From NCBI GenBank assembly GCA_000004985.1, contig GG738851.1: 64,000 nucleotides of DNA. The stretch is one strand, 5' to 3'. The DNA comes from Naegleria gruberi (taxonomy: Eukaryota). The translations under genes and the position numbers were made by a program. The notes under the pieces were generated by a model. It saw only the letters and a program-made list of their open reading frames with translations, had not been told where the DNA came from and did no database searches. Below, piece after piece: positions 34,236-45,637 of this stretch; position 1 is the stretch's first letter, and the number at the start of each line of letters is the position of its first letter.

Positions 34236-35616
34236 TTAAAGACGATTGAAGACAGCTTCAAATGCTGCAAAGCCACTAGCATGTGGCAAAGCTTCAACAG
34301 CAACGTAAACAAAGGTTGGTTGTTCATATCTGAATTCAACTCTCTTTCCACCTCTGAATTCATAATTGTTTCTGTCTGGTCTAGTAGTCTTGGTAGAAGC
34401 ATACATCAAAATGTCACCATATTCAGTCTTGGCATCAACATTGAGGACTTTACCAGCAACTGACTTGTCAACATAGAGAGCAAAGTAAATGAAGCTTCCT
34501 TGTGGAACAAAACCGAATTGGGATTCCTTTTGGAGCAAAATAACTGGCTTGTCAAATCCAGATCTTTGAGCAGCAAAGTTTGGATGAACAACAACAGAGT
34601 AATGGGAGTCTTCTCTCTTGGCGAATGGACCGCTTGGCTTGAATTCAATACCTGTTGTTTGTTGGAAGTGAATAAAATAATTTTTAAATTATTTGATGAT
34701 GATCAATAACATGAATTGCCGAAGAGTGATGTGAAGTGTGTTGATGATTCGTTTGTGTGTGAAATTTGTTGTATTGTCATGTGAAATAAAGATGTGAAAT
34801 TATTATTAAATAAATAAATGATCAAAACAACTTACCAATCCAGTATTTACCACCGTTAACAAACTTTGGATCTTGCTTGTTAATAACGAGGGCAGAGTCA
34901 CCATTAGAAGTAGAAATACCAGACCATTGAGCCTTTCCTTCAATTGGTCTAGAGTTGGTGTTAGAAACAAAGACATTGTAAGTAGATTCATCACCAGTCT
35001 TTCTAGTGTGATGATTGGTAACCAAAACCATCAATGAGTCCAAACGAGAATCAGCTTCACCGAGATCATATTCAAGGAAGTGATACAAGGCTGGGACTTG
35101 AGAGTTTGGTTGGAAAGCACCGAATTGTGGAATAGAATCTTCCAATTGGATCAAATTCAAAGAGTGCTTGACATGGGAGACAAAGAAAGCAGAACATGGA
35201 CTAGTAACAGCAGTAGACAAGGCATAGTAGAGTTGATCAACATTATTCAATTGTCTTTGTTCAATATCCAAGAAAGCAGAGCTACTAATGTTAACATTGA
35301 GAGCCCATTGGTTGTTAGAAGCGCTTGGTTGAGGCTTGGTAGAAGCATACAAAGTAACAATAGCATCACAACCATAGGTGGTAACAAAAGTGGTAACACC
35401 CTTGTGATTATTTCTCAAGTTAATATCAAGATATTCTGGAGTATTAGCAACCAAGTGAACAGTTGTGTAGACACCATTCTTCAATGATGTTGATTGTTGG
35501 GCAGAGACGACGCAAGCAGCCAAGAGCATCATCAAGACTGCGGCAAAGGCGAACAATTTAGCCATTTTTTTTTTAAATTCAAAAAAAAATAAAAACCTTT
35601 TGCGGTGAAAAAACAT
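34236..35616 (-). CDS. Secreted protein (signal peptide MAKLFAFAAVLMMLLAACVVSAQQ) with two beta-sandwich-like halves and strong translational codon bias. Two exons: 34836..35616 and 34236..34651.
   Basis: ORFs 34822..35616(-) and 34236..34538(-) are joined by a 184-nt intron (GTAAGT at plus 34835..34830; AG at plus 34653..34652), phase 1. Codon choice is heavily GGT/CCA/TTC/AAG/ACC/GCT, suggesting high expression. Motifs DAIVTLYASTKPQPS and GDILMYASTKTTRPD recur in each half. Confidence 0.7.
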
Positions 35617-36124
35617 TCAGAACTTATTGAGCGGAGTTCTGAATTTTCAACAACATAGAGATGAGTCATCATATCTTCAACGATTTGATTTTAATTATGA
35701 AAATTGCAATGGAAAGTAATTGGTGAATATTTGATAATTGTGTGATGAGGAGAGTGGTTAGGAAGGAGTATGTGGAGATGGTGAAAAAATGTGAAATAAT
35801 GAGTGATTATATTGGGCATTCATTGAATTTAGACATTTTAGTATGTTGTTCATAATTTTTGGGCTACTTTTTTGGATATTAATTGTAATGAGAGAGATGA
35901 TAAGAAGAAGGTTCTTTGAAAATCTAGTGTATATGAAATTGTAACTCTGTAGTCTTTAATTCACAGTTGGCAGCTCTATAACAAGTCAACCCAACATTAA
36001 TAAACAACTTAATGATAGATGGGAGTAAATAAGGAGTTTGAGGAGTCAACCTATCCAATCCAGCCTCTTTCAATGTTTTACAATTTTGCCCAAAGTTTAA
36101 TTTCAATATTCCAAATATAAAAAA
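35617..36124. promoter_or_regulatory. Putative bidirectional promoter region between divergent genes (secreted protein on minus, aminotransferase on plus)
   Basis: A 508-nt spacer between divergent ATGs. Confidence 0.3.
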
Positions 36125-37555
36125 ATGAGTCAACAACTAACAAGCAACAACTCATCATCAACAGAATCAAATATTTTGGATGGAAGAAGAGAAAGATTGA
36201 TTGTTTCTAACCGATTGATTGAAACCGACATGCCAATGATCAACAAAATTGGACAAATTATTTATGAAGAAAATTCAGTGGTTGTGAATAATACTGCCTC
36301 TTCCGATCAGCAGCAAATGGTTACAAGTTTGTGCCAAGGAATGGTCTATTATAAGCCTCCTCAACAAGTGATGGAATCTCTGATTAGTAATCAATTGGAG
36401 AAGAGTTATAATCCGAGTGATCCCTTCTCTTTCATTCATAATTATTGTGAGCATGATTTTGGAAGGAAACTAGTCAGAGATAAATTGAAAGAAAAGTTGA
36501 AAAAGATGAATGGAATTGATGGAGTGGAAGTGGTTTTAACGAGTGGATGTAATCAGGCCTTCACAAGTGTTGTCCTATCGTTGTGTGATGTTGGAGATGA
36601 GTGTATGGTATTTGGACCATACTATTTCAATCATTATATGGCCTTGCAAATGTTTGGAGTAAGACCAATTGTTTTTGATTGTAGAGAGGAGGATGGTTAT
36701 CAACCTGGAAGTGGAGATGATATGGAACGTTTCACAGAGTTCTTTAAAAAAACAGTTCAGAATCCATCCAACAAATTGAGAATGGTTGTTGTCAATACTC
36801 CATGCAATCCAACTGGCGCTGTCTATACTAAAAACCAATTGGAAGTGATTAGTCAATTATGTAAAGAATATGGCATTTGGTTGATAATGGATGAAACTTA
36901 TGAATGGTTTATTTATAATGATATGCAATCATCGAATGCAATTCATTTTAGTCCACAAGGAGATCATATCATTCACTTGTACAGTTTTTCAAAATGTTTT
37001 GCCATGCCAGGTTGGAGAATTGGCTATTTGACATATCCAGCCACCAATACCACTCTTGGACTCCATCTCAATAAGATCCAAGACACAATTGTAATTTCCT
37101 CCCCACTCCCATCCCAACAACTTGCTCTCAGTGTTACTGAGATGGATGAAGAGTTTGGAAAGATTTGGGCCATGGATAGAATTAACACTCTCAAGGAAAA
37201 TAGAAGAGTCATTTGGAATGCTATTCATGATTTGTGCAATCTGGAGAAAATTCCAGAAGGTGCTATTTACTTTTGGGCAACTCTACCAAATTTTGCAAAT
37301 CATTCGGATAATCAGTTGAGTATTGAAAAGGAATTCCAAGTGATTGAGTGGATGGTAAGAAAGCACAAGGTTGCCGTATTGCCAGGATCATGTTTTGGAA
37401 GAGTTGGAGGATTCAGAATTAGTTATGCCAATGTTTCTGAGAATGCCTGTAAATTAGCCGCCAATAGATTAAGAACAGCCCTTCAAGAACTGAAAGATGG
37501 TCAATTTGAGAAGGATGATCTTTCATTATATGTGAAAACATTCAAGACTCTATAA
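36125..37555 (+). CDS. Class I/II (fold type I) pyridoxal-phosphate-dependent aminotransferase (aspartate/aromatic/kynurenine aminotransferase-like)
   Basis: Single 476-aa ORF. PLP-lysine motif SFSKCFAMPGWRIGYL. Also NTPCNPTGAVYTKNQLEVISQLCKEYGIWLIMDETYEWF and a C-terminal small domain. N-terminal ~55 aa are low complexity. Confidence 0.85.
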   Translation: MSQQLTSNNSSSTESNILDGRRERLIVSNRLIETDMPMINKIGQIIYEENSVVVNNTASSDQQQMVTSLCQGMVYYKPPQQVMESLISNQLEKSYNPSDPFSFIHNYCEHDFGRKLVRDKLKEKLKKMNGIDGVEVVLTSGCNQAFTSVVLSLCDVGDECMVFGPYYFNHYMALQMFGVRPIVFDCREEDGYQPGSGDDMERFTEFFKKTVQNPSNKLRMVVVNTPCNPTGAVYTKNQLEVISQLCKEYGIWLIMDETYEWFIYNDMQSSNAIHFSPQGDHIIHLYSFSKCFAMPGWRIGYLTYPATNTTLGLHLNKIQDTIVISSPLPSQQLALSVTEMDEEFGKIWAMDRINTLKENRRVIWNAIHDLCNLEKIPEGAIYFWATLPNFANHSDNQLSIEKEFQVIEWMVRKHKVAVLPGSCFGRVGGFRISYANVSENACKLAANRLRTALQELKDGQFEKDDLSLYVKTFKTL

Positions 37556-37680
37556 TTTAGCTACATTAAATTTTCATCAATCACTTCTTGTGGCCACTTT
37601 CTTTGTCATTGAGAACTTGTTCACCTTCTTATTGAAAAAGTAGAAGCATCCCTTTATTATCGAATACTGTAAATGATATC

Positions 37681-38441
37681 ATGTGGGGCTTTCAAAAAAC
37701 AATGTCTCAACAACAGTGCCTTACTACAAGTCAAGATAACAATAATAGTTCATCATCATCGGCAACAATAACATCGAATCAAATTTCATCCAATATAGTG
37801 ATCACAACACCAGATCAAATCATCATTGATACTTCTAAGGTTACTTCCTCACAATTACTACCGTCATCATCCAAATCTACACAGCAACAACAGCAGAAAT
37901 CTAAAACCAACAAGTATAAATCAATTAAAAGAGGATCCAACTTTAATTCATTTGGAATTTGCTTCAGTAGCAAAGAATTTACAAATAGGATCCATCTATA
38001 CCCTATTCATGTGTGGATTCATAGCTGTGATAATGAAGCCAGCGAAGGAACCTATTTGGACTACAGTGATTCCTGGTGCTTATTGTCTCTTCCTTTCCTT
38101 TCTCTGCTATGTTTGGTGTTTTGTTAGTGAATTCAATAAGGAAACGAAGGAAACTGTGGACAATGTATTGAATCCGAAATATTGGACCGAGAGAGTCTGT
38201 TTTTTCCTATCAAGAATGAATAGGAATGAATTTCAGTGTGCCTTTTGTTTTGTGTAAGTATCAATGTCTGGATTTTCAAAAAGGAATGCATTATTTACAT
38301 TTACTTAATTCTCTAACAACATTGGCTTTCTTTTGTGTGCAGACGGCTTTGGCTGGATTTAACTTACTCTTTGCATGTGTATTTTTTCTTGTAGCAGCCA
38401 TCAGAAGAGAGAAAGCGACTCGAATAACTGGCCTTGTTTGA
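37681..38441 (+). CDS. Small multi-pass membrane protein; 5' structure ambiguous (frame discontinuity). Terminal intron 38252..38342.
   Basis: ORF 37681..38127 (Ser/Asn/Gln-rich) and ORF 37826..38257 (TM helices IYTLFMCGFIAVIM, VIPGAYCLFLSFLCYVWCFV) overlap in different frames. No GT-AG intron of the right phase is found between them. The last exon (38343..38441, TALAGFNLLFACVFFLVAAIRREK...) is joined by GTGTAAGT at 38252 and a GCAG acceptor at 38341-42, phase 0. Confidence 0.4.
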
Positions 38442-38672
38442 GCATTTTCTTGTTATTATAGCGTCTACTTAATATATTGTAATACTTGGCTCTCTCCGAC
38501 AATTCTCCGCATGGCTGTTGAGAACTTCTTAAAAAATTCAATTTTGAGTTTGGTGTTGGTTGTTGAGGTGTTCTGGCGCCAAAACAAACATAAGAAAAAT
38601 GCTCATATTGTATTATTACCTTCCGCACGGTCATAGAATCGTAACAGAACGAGCAAACATCATTATCAAAAT

Positions 38673-41216
38673 ATGGCTTCATCAAATCATGGTATCCAAG
38701 AAGGAGTTGGAATGTTATGCAGAAGAGAATTGGTGGATAATTATCAAATCCTACTAGAACAGGCTCAAGCAAACATTAATGCAGGTAGTTGCTCTCTGGA
38801 TGGTTTTTGTAGTCATCACAGTATGGAGAGTAATCATCACGAAACAGAGGAATACACTCTCGGAATGGTTCATAATAAGGAGTCGGAAAGAGTATTCTTA
38901 AATGACTATTTTATGAATACCATTAAAAGAGGAGTAAAGAGGTATGATTTTGAGAAGGATCCTATTCAGATTCAGTACAATGTTTTGCATACACCTTCTC
39001 ATGTTAAGGTATTGAAGAATATAGTATCAAAACCTCATCCTGTAGTGTCATGCTATTGTACGGCATATAGCGAACATTATCCACTGATAATAATTCCAGA
39101 TCATATTTGGATGATGATTTCTCAATCCTTGGTTAGACATTTGCATCTTCATCCTGAAATTTTGCAGCAAGTTGATATTAAAAAGAAGGAAATGAGAGTG
39201 GAAATGCCTACACATTACAACGAAGAAACACAATCAACAAATTGGAGTGCAGTAATTGAAGATATTCATCAACAAATTGTTCAAACATGTACAACAAGCG
39301 AAAAGTTGGATTTGGATGGATTTTTGGATCATAACTTTTCCACATCAACTTCAGTGGAAAAGGTTGCATCAAAGATTTTACTCATGGAGGCCTTTAAGGA
39401 TTACTTTACATATACCAATGATTTTATGTGTGGAATTCCTTGTGTGACAATATTGGGAACTCTGCAAGACTGGACATTGATGAGACAGAAAGTCAATAGA
39501 TTGGATGATTTTGGTATGGGATGGTGGAGAAAGGTATTGGCTCTCATAATTGATAGAATAATTGAAACAGCCCAAAAGGATACACTGACAGACGAATTGA
39601 AATTGTTCTGGAATGGAGTGGCAAGGTTTGACAGTAGTAGTGGAGAGAATTTTATTACTGGTTGGATCAACTATTTTTTCCCATACGATAAGGATGGAAA
39701 TATTTCAAACCAAATGCAATCATTTATGGAGATGGAAGAGAGATTCCCTAATGTTGATAAATATGTGGACGATTTTGAGGATCATGGTTTTGAGGATTGT
39801 GAATTTGAAGAAGAAGAAGGCGAGAATTCTCCTCAATCTTCAATAGAACTAGCCGCTTTAAAGATGCAGAAAACATTCAGATGGAAACCATCTTTTAATG
39901 AGGATTGCTTTCCTTGCCCTCTAGCAATTGCAAAGGTCAATGTTGAAAATCATCCATCCTTAAAAGAGTTGTACTATGTTTCCGGATTTATGGGAATTGA
40001 TTTTGATCATGAAATTGGAGGTTTAAAACCTGTTATATCTTGGGCTATAGCAGAGAAGAGAAGTGAGGCTGTTAGAGAAAATCTAATGAAGGGCCAATTC
40101 AAACATGCAATGTGGGCAATAGACTGTGGTTATACTAGTTGGAGAGCTTCCATATCTCTCTCATCTACACAAACTAAGCCAATAGGCTCAATCAATATTG
40201 GATTTACCAGTGATGGAGAGCAGGAGAATGTTTTTGAAAGTAAGGAAAGAATGATTGAGATATTCACCGCTTTGAAAGAATCACTTGTGAGGCAATTCAT
40301 TGAGGAGGAAGTTAATTTGGGATCAAACGATAATTTGAAATTCTTGGAAGGAGAGCATGTTCTCTTGATGTCTCCTGCTGAAGTCAACCAAGAGCTGCTT
40401 CTTCAATGCGCCAAATCTGCTGGTTTGAAACCAATATGTTGGGTGGAAGATCCATGTCATAATATTCCTCAAGCATTTTCCCATTTGGTGAAAACTAACG
40501 AATGTGTACTGACTATTGATTGGCCAACTGGAGAACCATTCTTTGCCATGTCCAAGAAGGAGCATTGGAATGAGTTCGATCTTTTTGCATCAAGTGTTGA
40601 AGGCAAGAAGGAAACTCAGGGACTTGGTGGCGGTTTCAGTTTTACTGACATGCTGTACACCTATTTTTATGATCAACACCCTGAAATTGCAGAGGAAAAT
40701 TCTCACTTTTTAATGATGGAATGTGAGAGAGCCAAAAAGGTTCTCTCAACTGAAGACAAGGTTGACATCTTGATTAATGGAAAGTCTATTGAGGTGATAA
40801 CAAGACAAACTTTCGAACAGGTGTGCTCACCTATTTTCAATTCATTCCAACAACAATTGAATGCTTTCCTTTCTAGGCCTTTCAATAATACCAATGAGAC
40901 TTTGAAAGATCGTGTCAATTATTTGGTGCTGTCTGGTGGATGTTGTAGAATTCCTCTCGTTCAACAAATCATTCATACATGCCTTCCAAAATCTGTACAG
41001 ACACTCAGTAATCCAGAGGATACTTGCTATCTTTCCTCAGCAGGAGGTGCTCAAACATTCAGAAGCAGTCATTACAATAATATTCAATTTGAGGAATTCT
41101 TTAGAGATCCTCATTCTGAAATCTTCTCTGACAATGAATCGTCACTCTATCCACACAAAGATCCACAAGAAAGTGATATTGCAATTGCTGAAGGTGACGA
41201 TCACGACAATGAATAA
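38673..41216 (+). CDS. Divergent Hsp70-superfamily protein: about 380-aa N-terminal extension followed by an Hsp70-like nucleotide-binding domain. No substrate-binding domain is recognisable.
   Basis: Single 847-aa ORF. C-terminal half aligns motif-by-motif with the Hsp70 NBD. VLLMSPAEVNQELLLQCAKSAGLKPICWVEDPCHNIPQAF matches VTVPAYFNDSQRQATKDAG.IAGLNVLRIINEPTAAA. LGGGFSFTDML matches HLGGEDFDNRM. MMECERAKKVLSTEDKVDILINGKSIEVITRQTFEQVCSPIF matches ACERAKRTLSS...ITRARFEEL. YLVLSGGCCRIPLVQQII matches IVLVGGSTRIPKIQKLL. NPEDTCYLSSAGGAQ matches NPDEAVAYGAAVQAA. Confidence 0.75.
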   Translation: MASSNHGIQEGVGMLCRRELVDNYQILLEQAQANINAGSCSLDGFCSHHSMESNHHETEEYTLGMVHNKESERVFLNDYFMNTIKRGVKRYDFEKDPIQIQYNVLHTPSHVKVLKNIVSKPHPVVSCYCTAYSEHYPLIIIPDHIWMMISQSLVRHLHLHPEILQQVDIKKKEMRVEMPTHYNEETQSTNWSAVIEDIHQQIVQTCTTSEKLDLDGFLDHNFSTSTSVEKVASKILLMEAFKDYFTYTNDFMCGIPCVTILGTLQDWTLMRQKVNRLDDFGMGWWRKVLALIIDRIIETAQKDTLTDELKLFWNGVARFDSSSGENFITGWINYFFPYDKDGNISNQMQSFMEMEERFPNVDKYVDDFEDHGFEDCEFEEEEGENSPQSSIELAALKMQKTFRWKPSFNEDCFPCPLAIAKVNVENHPSLKELYYVSGFMGIDFDHEIGGLKPVISWAIAEKRSEAVRENLMKGQFKHAMWAIDCGYTSWRASISLSSTQTKPIGSINIGFTSDGEQENVFESKERMIEIFTALKESLVRQFIEEEVNLGSNDNLKFLEGEHVLLMSPAEVNQELLLQCAKSAGLKPICWVEDPCHNIPQAFSHLVKTNECVLTIDWPTGEPFFAMSKKEHWNEFDLFASSVEGKKETQGLGGGFSFTDMLYTYFYDQHPEIAEENSHFLMMECERAKKVLSTEDKVDILINGKSIEVITRQTFEQVCSPIFNSFQQQLNAFLSRPFNNTNETLKDRVNYLVLSGGCCRIPLVQQIIHTCLPKSVQTLSNPEDTCYLSSAGGAQTFRSSHYNNIQFEEFFRDPHSEIFSDNESSLYPHKDPQESDIAIAEGDDHDNE

Positions 41217-41301
41217 TAAAATAATCAAACCAATATTTACTAAAAAGAATTCTTTTTGTCAAATTAGAAGCTAAAATTAGAAACCTTCACGTTTTAATAA
41301 A

Positions 41302-43413
41302 ATGCAACAACAACCAACGACACAGCAACAACAACAACAGAAACCCAGTGGTGGTACAACCACAACGCCTACATCGGCGGGTACAACAACAACAAATCTG
41401 GCACAGGCAACATCAACTGGATCATCCTCTTCATCATCATCAAGAAGAGTGATGGTCAAGTCGTTGGGTAGATTTATTCAATTAAAAGAAAAACATATTG
41501 GTTCGGGAGCCTATGCTGATGTTTACGAGGGTTATAATCAAGATACAAAGGAAAAGGTTGCTATCAAAGTTATACAGAGAAACAAACTTCATGATCGTTT
41601 AATTCAAAATTTAGAATCTGAAATTACGGTTATGAAACGTATCAAGTCTGACTATGTGATCAAACTCTACGAAGTACATAGAAGTAAGAGAAATTATTAT
41701 TTGATTTTAGAATTGTGTAGTGGAGGTGAATTGGCCAAGTTTTTAAAGAAGGGTAAACTTCCAAAGGAAGTTATGAATCCTTTTGGTGGTATCAAGGAAT
41801 CTATTGTAAAGAAGTTTATTCTACACTTGTCAAAGGGTTTGAAACATATGCATGAGCAAAATTTGATTCACAGAGATTTGAAACCAGCCAATTTATTATT
41901 TAGTAGACCTTTCCAAATTATTAATAAGGACAAGCAAGATTTGACCTATAAGGATGTAGATTTTGGCTTTTTGAAAATTGCTGATTTTGGTTTTGCTCGT
42001 GAAATTGGTCCAAATGATTTGGCACAAACTCTCTGTGGTACTCCTCTTTATATGGCGTAAGTTTGATGATGAAATATTGCTTCTTTACAACAATTTTTTA
42101 CAATTTATTTCGAAAAAATCAAATTTATTACGGCCGTTTGAAATAACAGTCCAGAAATCTTATCAGGTCAAAAGTATAATATCAAGGCTGATTTGTGGTC
42201 TCTGGGTGCTATTATTTATGAAATGCTGTTTGCTAGACCACCTTACATGGCCTCCAATCAATTTGACTTGTTGAATCAAATCAAGAAGGGTCCACCAAGT
42301 TATCCAGCTACCAATTCATCCTTCTCTCAAGGAGTTATTGATTTATTGAAGGGACTCTTGCAATGTGAACCTGAATATCGTATGAACTTTGTACAATTCT
42401 ACAATCATTACTATCTCATAGCTCTTAGAGAGGAATTTGGAGACTGTGAAGAATTGAACACCAACATCTTGCCACCAACAGTTGTTGAGCCAACACCACA
42501 AGAACCTGTAATTAATCCAAATGTAGTGGAACCACCAGTGGTTGATATTGTACCAGTAGTAGTTCAAGAACAAACACCGCCACCGATTGTACAACCAATT
42601 GTACCAGTTGTAGAGGCTGTTAAAGAATTCCCAATTACAGCGCAAGTCAAACCTGAGGACATTCTTGAAGAAGTACCATTGGAAAAGATTGTTGCTGACA
42701 AGCTCTTCATTTCCAATCCAAGTGAAGATGGTACCTCAAAGCCATCACAACCATTGGGCGGAGGAAATGTTGTCATTATCATGGATCAACGTATTCCTTC
42801 TGATGAGGCTTTTAAAAAGACCAAGGAATATAGTTTGGATTCAGTTATTGGAACAAACCCAACTGTAATCTTTGACTTTTCAAATCTTTCCTGTGGTGAG
42901 GAATGTCGTGCATTATTGGGCCAAATTGAAAAGAAGGCCAAGCTCGCTTGGTTCATTTCAGAAACAGGGTTGGTCATGGAAAAGAACTTGAAGTATAGTG
43001 AAGCCTATGCATTGTATGTTAGAGCTTGCATTCTCATTAGAGATTGTTTGACAATATTGAAGGAAAATGTTGAAAATAATGACAGATCTCAAACATTTAC
43101 CATCTTACTTCGTGATTGGTTAACTGATTTCTTCACACATGGTGAAGCAGTTCAAAATAAGATTATTACAAAGGAAGTTGATGTAAATAATATAATTTAT
43201 CAAATGGCTATCGAGCTTGCCAAGGAAGCAGCCCACAAGGAATATCTTGGTTCCATGGAATGTATTGGGCTTTATGTGAGAGCTAAACATTTCCTCACCT
43301 ATTTGATGGAAGAAAGCTTCTCTGATAAGAAGAAATTCAATGATTTTGTTGAGAATTTTAATTCTAGAATTAGTTACTTGGAGGAACAATACACTAAAGC
43401 AAACAACTTGTAA
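41302..43413 (+). CDS. ULK/Atg1-family Ser/Thr protein kinase with a Pro/Val-rich linker and a C-terminal MIT-like helical domain (ULK3-like architecture). Two exons: 41302..42056 and 42150..43413.
   Basis: ORFs 41302..42060 and 42193..43413 are joined by a 93-nt intron (GTAAGT at 42057; ACAG at 42148-49; phase 2), giving ...GTPLYMA|PEILSGQKYNIKADLWSLGAIIYEML.... Kinase motifs GSGAYADVYEG, VAIKVI, HRDLKPANLL, DFGFAR. C-terminus ...EAYALYVRACILIRDCL...IIYQMAIELAKEAAHKEYLGSMECIGLYVRAKHFLTYL is MIT-like. Confidence 0.8.
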
Positions 43414-43540
43414 ATTACAAAAATAAATCCAAACATTTAAAACAAATTGATTTTTTTAGAGATTATTCCAGAATCGCCATTTGCTGGTATGAAAGTTGAG
43501 CGTTATGGTAATTGGTAGGCCAAAATGGGTTTTCCAAAAT

Positions 43541-45503
43541 CTAATGCTTCACGTTTGAGTGACTAAGAATATTCTCAATATTATGAACCCTCTTGTCAAG
43601 TCCAGATAATTCATGGGTAATCTTGTCAAGCTTGAAATCAATAGAGCTCTTCATTTCTTTTAATTCTCTAAGAATGGTATTCAACACGATTTGTTGTTGC
43701 ATGTTTGAAGTGGGGAATAAATCGCTTGGTGAATGTCCAATATTTGGAGTGATTGGAGTTTGGAGATTTGGATCTTCAGGTGGCATTTCCAATTCTCTAA
43801 GGAATTTACTGAACACCATATTCTTGTAGTGTTGGTTGGCTTGTAAGGCGCTGAAAAAGAACCCGTTTGGAATTTCCTTCTCACCTGAAAGGACTCTCAG
43901 CATTAAAATACTATCTACAGAAGGATTTCCATGTCCAATGTCCAATCCAATAATTCGTTGTTCTTTGGGTAAGTCAATGATTTGATATTTGCTTGTTTGA
44001 GTCTTGTAATTGTATTGTACATATTCAATGTGAGGATTCGATCTATTGGCAGCCACAATATGAATAGTAGGACTCTGAAGCCTGTCATGTACACAGTAAC
44101 ACAAGTCTGCTGCATGAGTTTTCAATATGATATTTTCAGAATGAATTGTTACAGAATTTTCCTCAATCTTGAGGTATGCAATTCTTGGACTCGAGATTGT
44201 TCCATTATTATTAGTGGTGGGACTAACTTGGAAGAGATTATGTTCTTGTTCTAATTTTTGTTGGAGTTCTGAAAATACCAAAGGATTGGAAGATGTTGTT
44301 TTTGGTTTGATGAGAATTATATCATCCTCTTTTTGTTCTGTTTTCAAATCCTCTTCCATCTCCCTTGATTGCTTTGGAATCATGTTCGAAATTAAAGAGC
44401 TAGCATCCTGCACAATTATCCATCCTTCAGCTTCTATGGTATTCTCAATGGAAAATAGAGACGTCACAGAACCTCCACAAAGTAATAAATTTGAAATTGG
44501 TGTGATTTTCCCTTTGGAAAAGGCAATTTTATACACCAAAACCCCATCTTCCCACGCTCTTAATATTATCCAATAATTTTAAAATGTTTTCAAATTAAAA
44601 TACATACACACATAATAGCTCTCTAATTAAACTCGTTTGCATTACTTTTCTTCCATCTCTTGAACATTCAAGTACTACCTTATGAGTATCCTTGTGAATT
44701 CTCTCCCATTTGATAATCTTGAATCCAGAATTGGTACTAATAATAAAATAGTAGAAATTGATATTACTCTCAGTATTTCCCTCTCGAACTTTAACATCAT
44801 TGATAGCGTACTTGTGTGCATTCTTTCCATCTGTATTATCTGCTGGCTTCAAATCAATGGAATAGACCACTCTACCTGCTTCAATGATCAGCAATACACT
44901 CCTACAAGTAGCATAGTAAAAATTAGTATTCGTACTCTTGTAAAATCTATGAATGCAATGCAATCCATTCAAATATTCAGGACGAATTCCAGAAACATGC
45001 ACTTGCTCCTTAGTATTTACATTAGAAAAATAGAGAGTCACATTTTCCTCTCCCATCGGAATGGTTGTTCCCTCCTCCCTAACAAATAAACTATTTTCCA
45101 AATAATTAATTTTACTTCTACTGAATTTAAATTGTTTTTCCAATCCATTATCCACAAAATGATTTGTTATTTTGAATATATTATTTCCCTCTATCATTGC
45201 CATCATTGATGGTGCTGTTGTATTATTATTATTATTTTGCAACAATTTGTTTTGATCATCACGATTATTATTATTATTATTTTGCAATAAATTACTATTT
45301 GATCTTCTATTGGATGTAATTAATGAAAAGGTTCCCATTGAAATTCCTTCCGAATTATTGTGCTGCTGATGGTGATGATCAGCTTCCTCTCTACCAAAAC
45401 TATTCAAACGAATTTGCTTATTTGTGGTGGTTCCGATTAATTGTTGTTGTCGTTTATCATTATTATTGTTGGGTGATACATTCGTGGTTGTATTTATTTG
45501 CAT
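43541..45503 (-). CDS. Hypothetical protein (~637 aa), no confident domain assignment. Two exons: 44608..45503 and 43541..44558.
   Basis: Minus ORFs 44595..45503 and 43541..44539 lie in different frames. A 49-nt intron (GTATGT at plus 44607..44602; TTAAG acceptor at plus 44560..44559; phase 2) joins ...SLIRELLC|V|AWEDGVLVYKIAFSKGK... with no stop. N-terminal Asn/Gln-rich tract. C-terminal coiled-coil-like region (ILRELKEMKSSIDFKLDKITHELSGLDKRVHNIENIL). Confidence 0.55.
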
Positions 45504-45637
45504 TTTTTAAGAATTTAAAATTTAAAATTAATATTATGTTTACAATATACTATTAAGAAGCATGTGTTTATAAATTCATCCAAGGCTTTAAAATTTGGCG
45601 CCAAAATGTTGAAACTCTAAAAACACCCTTAAAAAAA

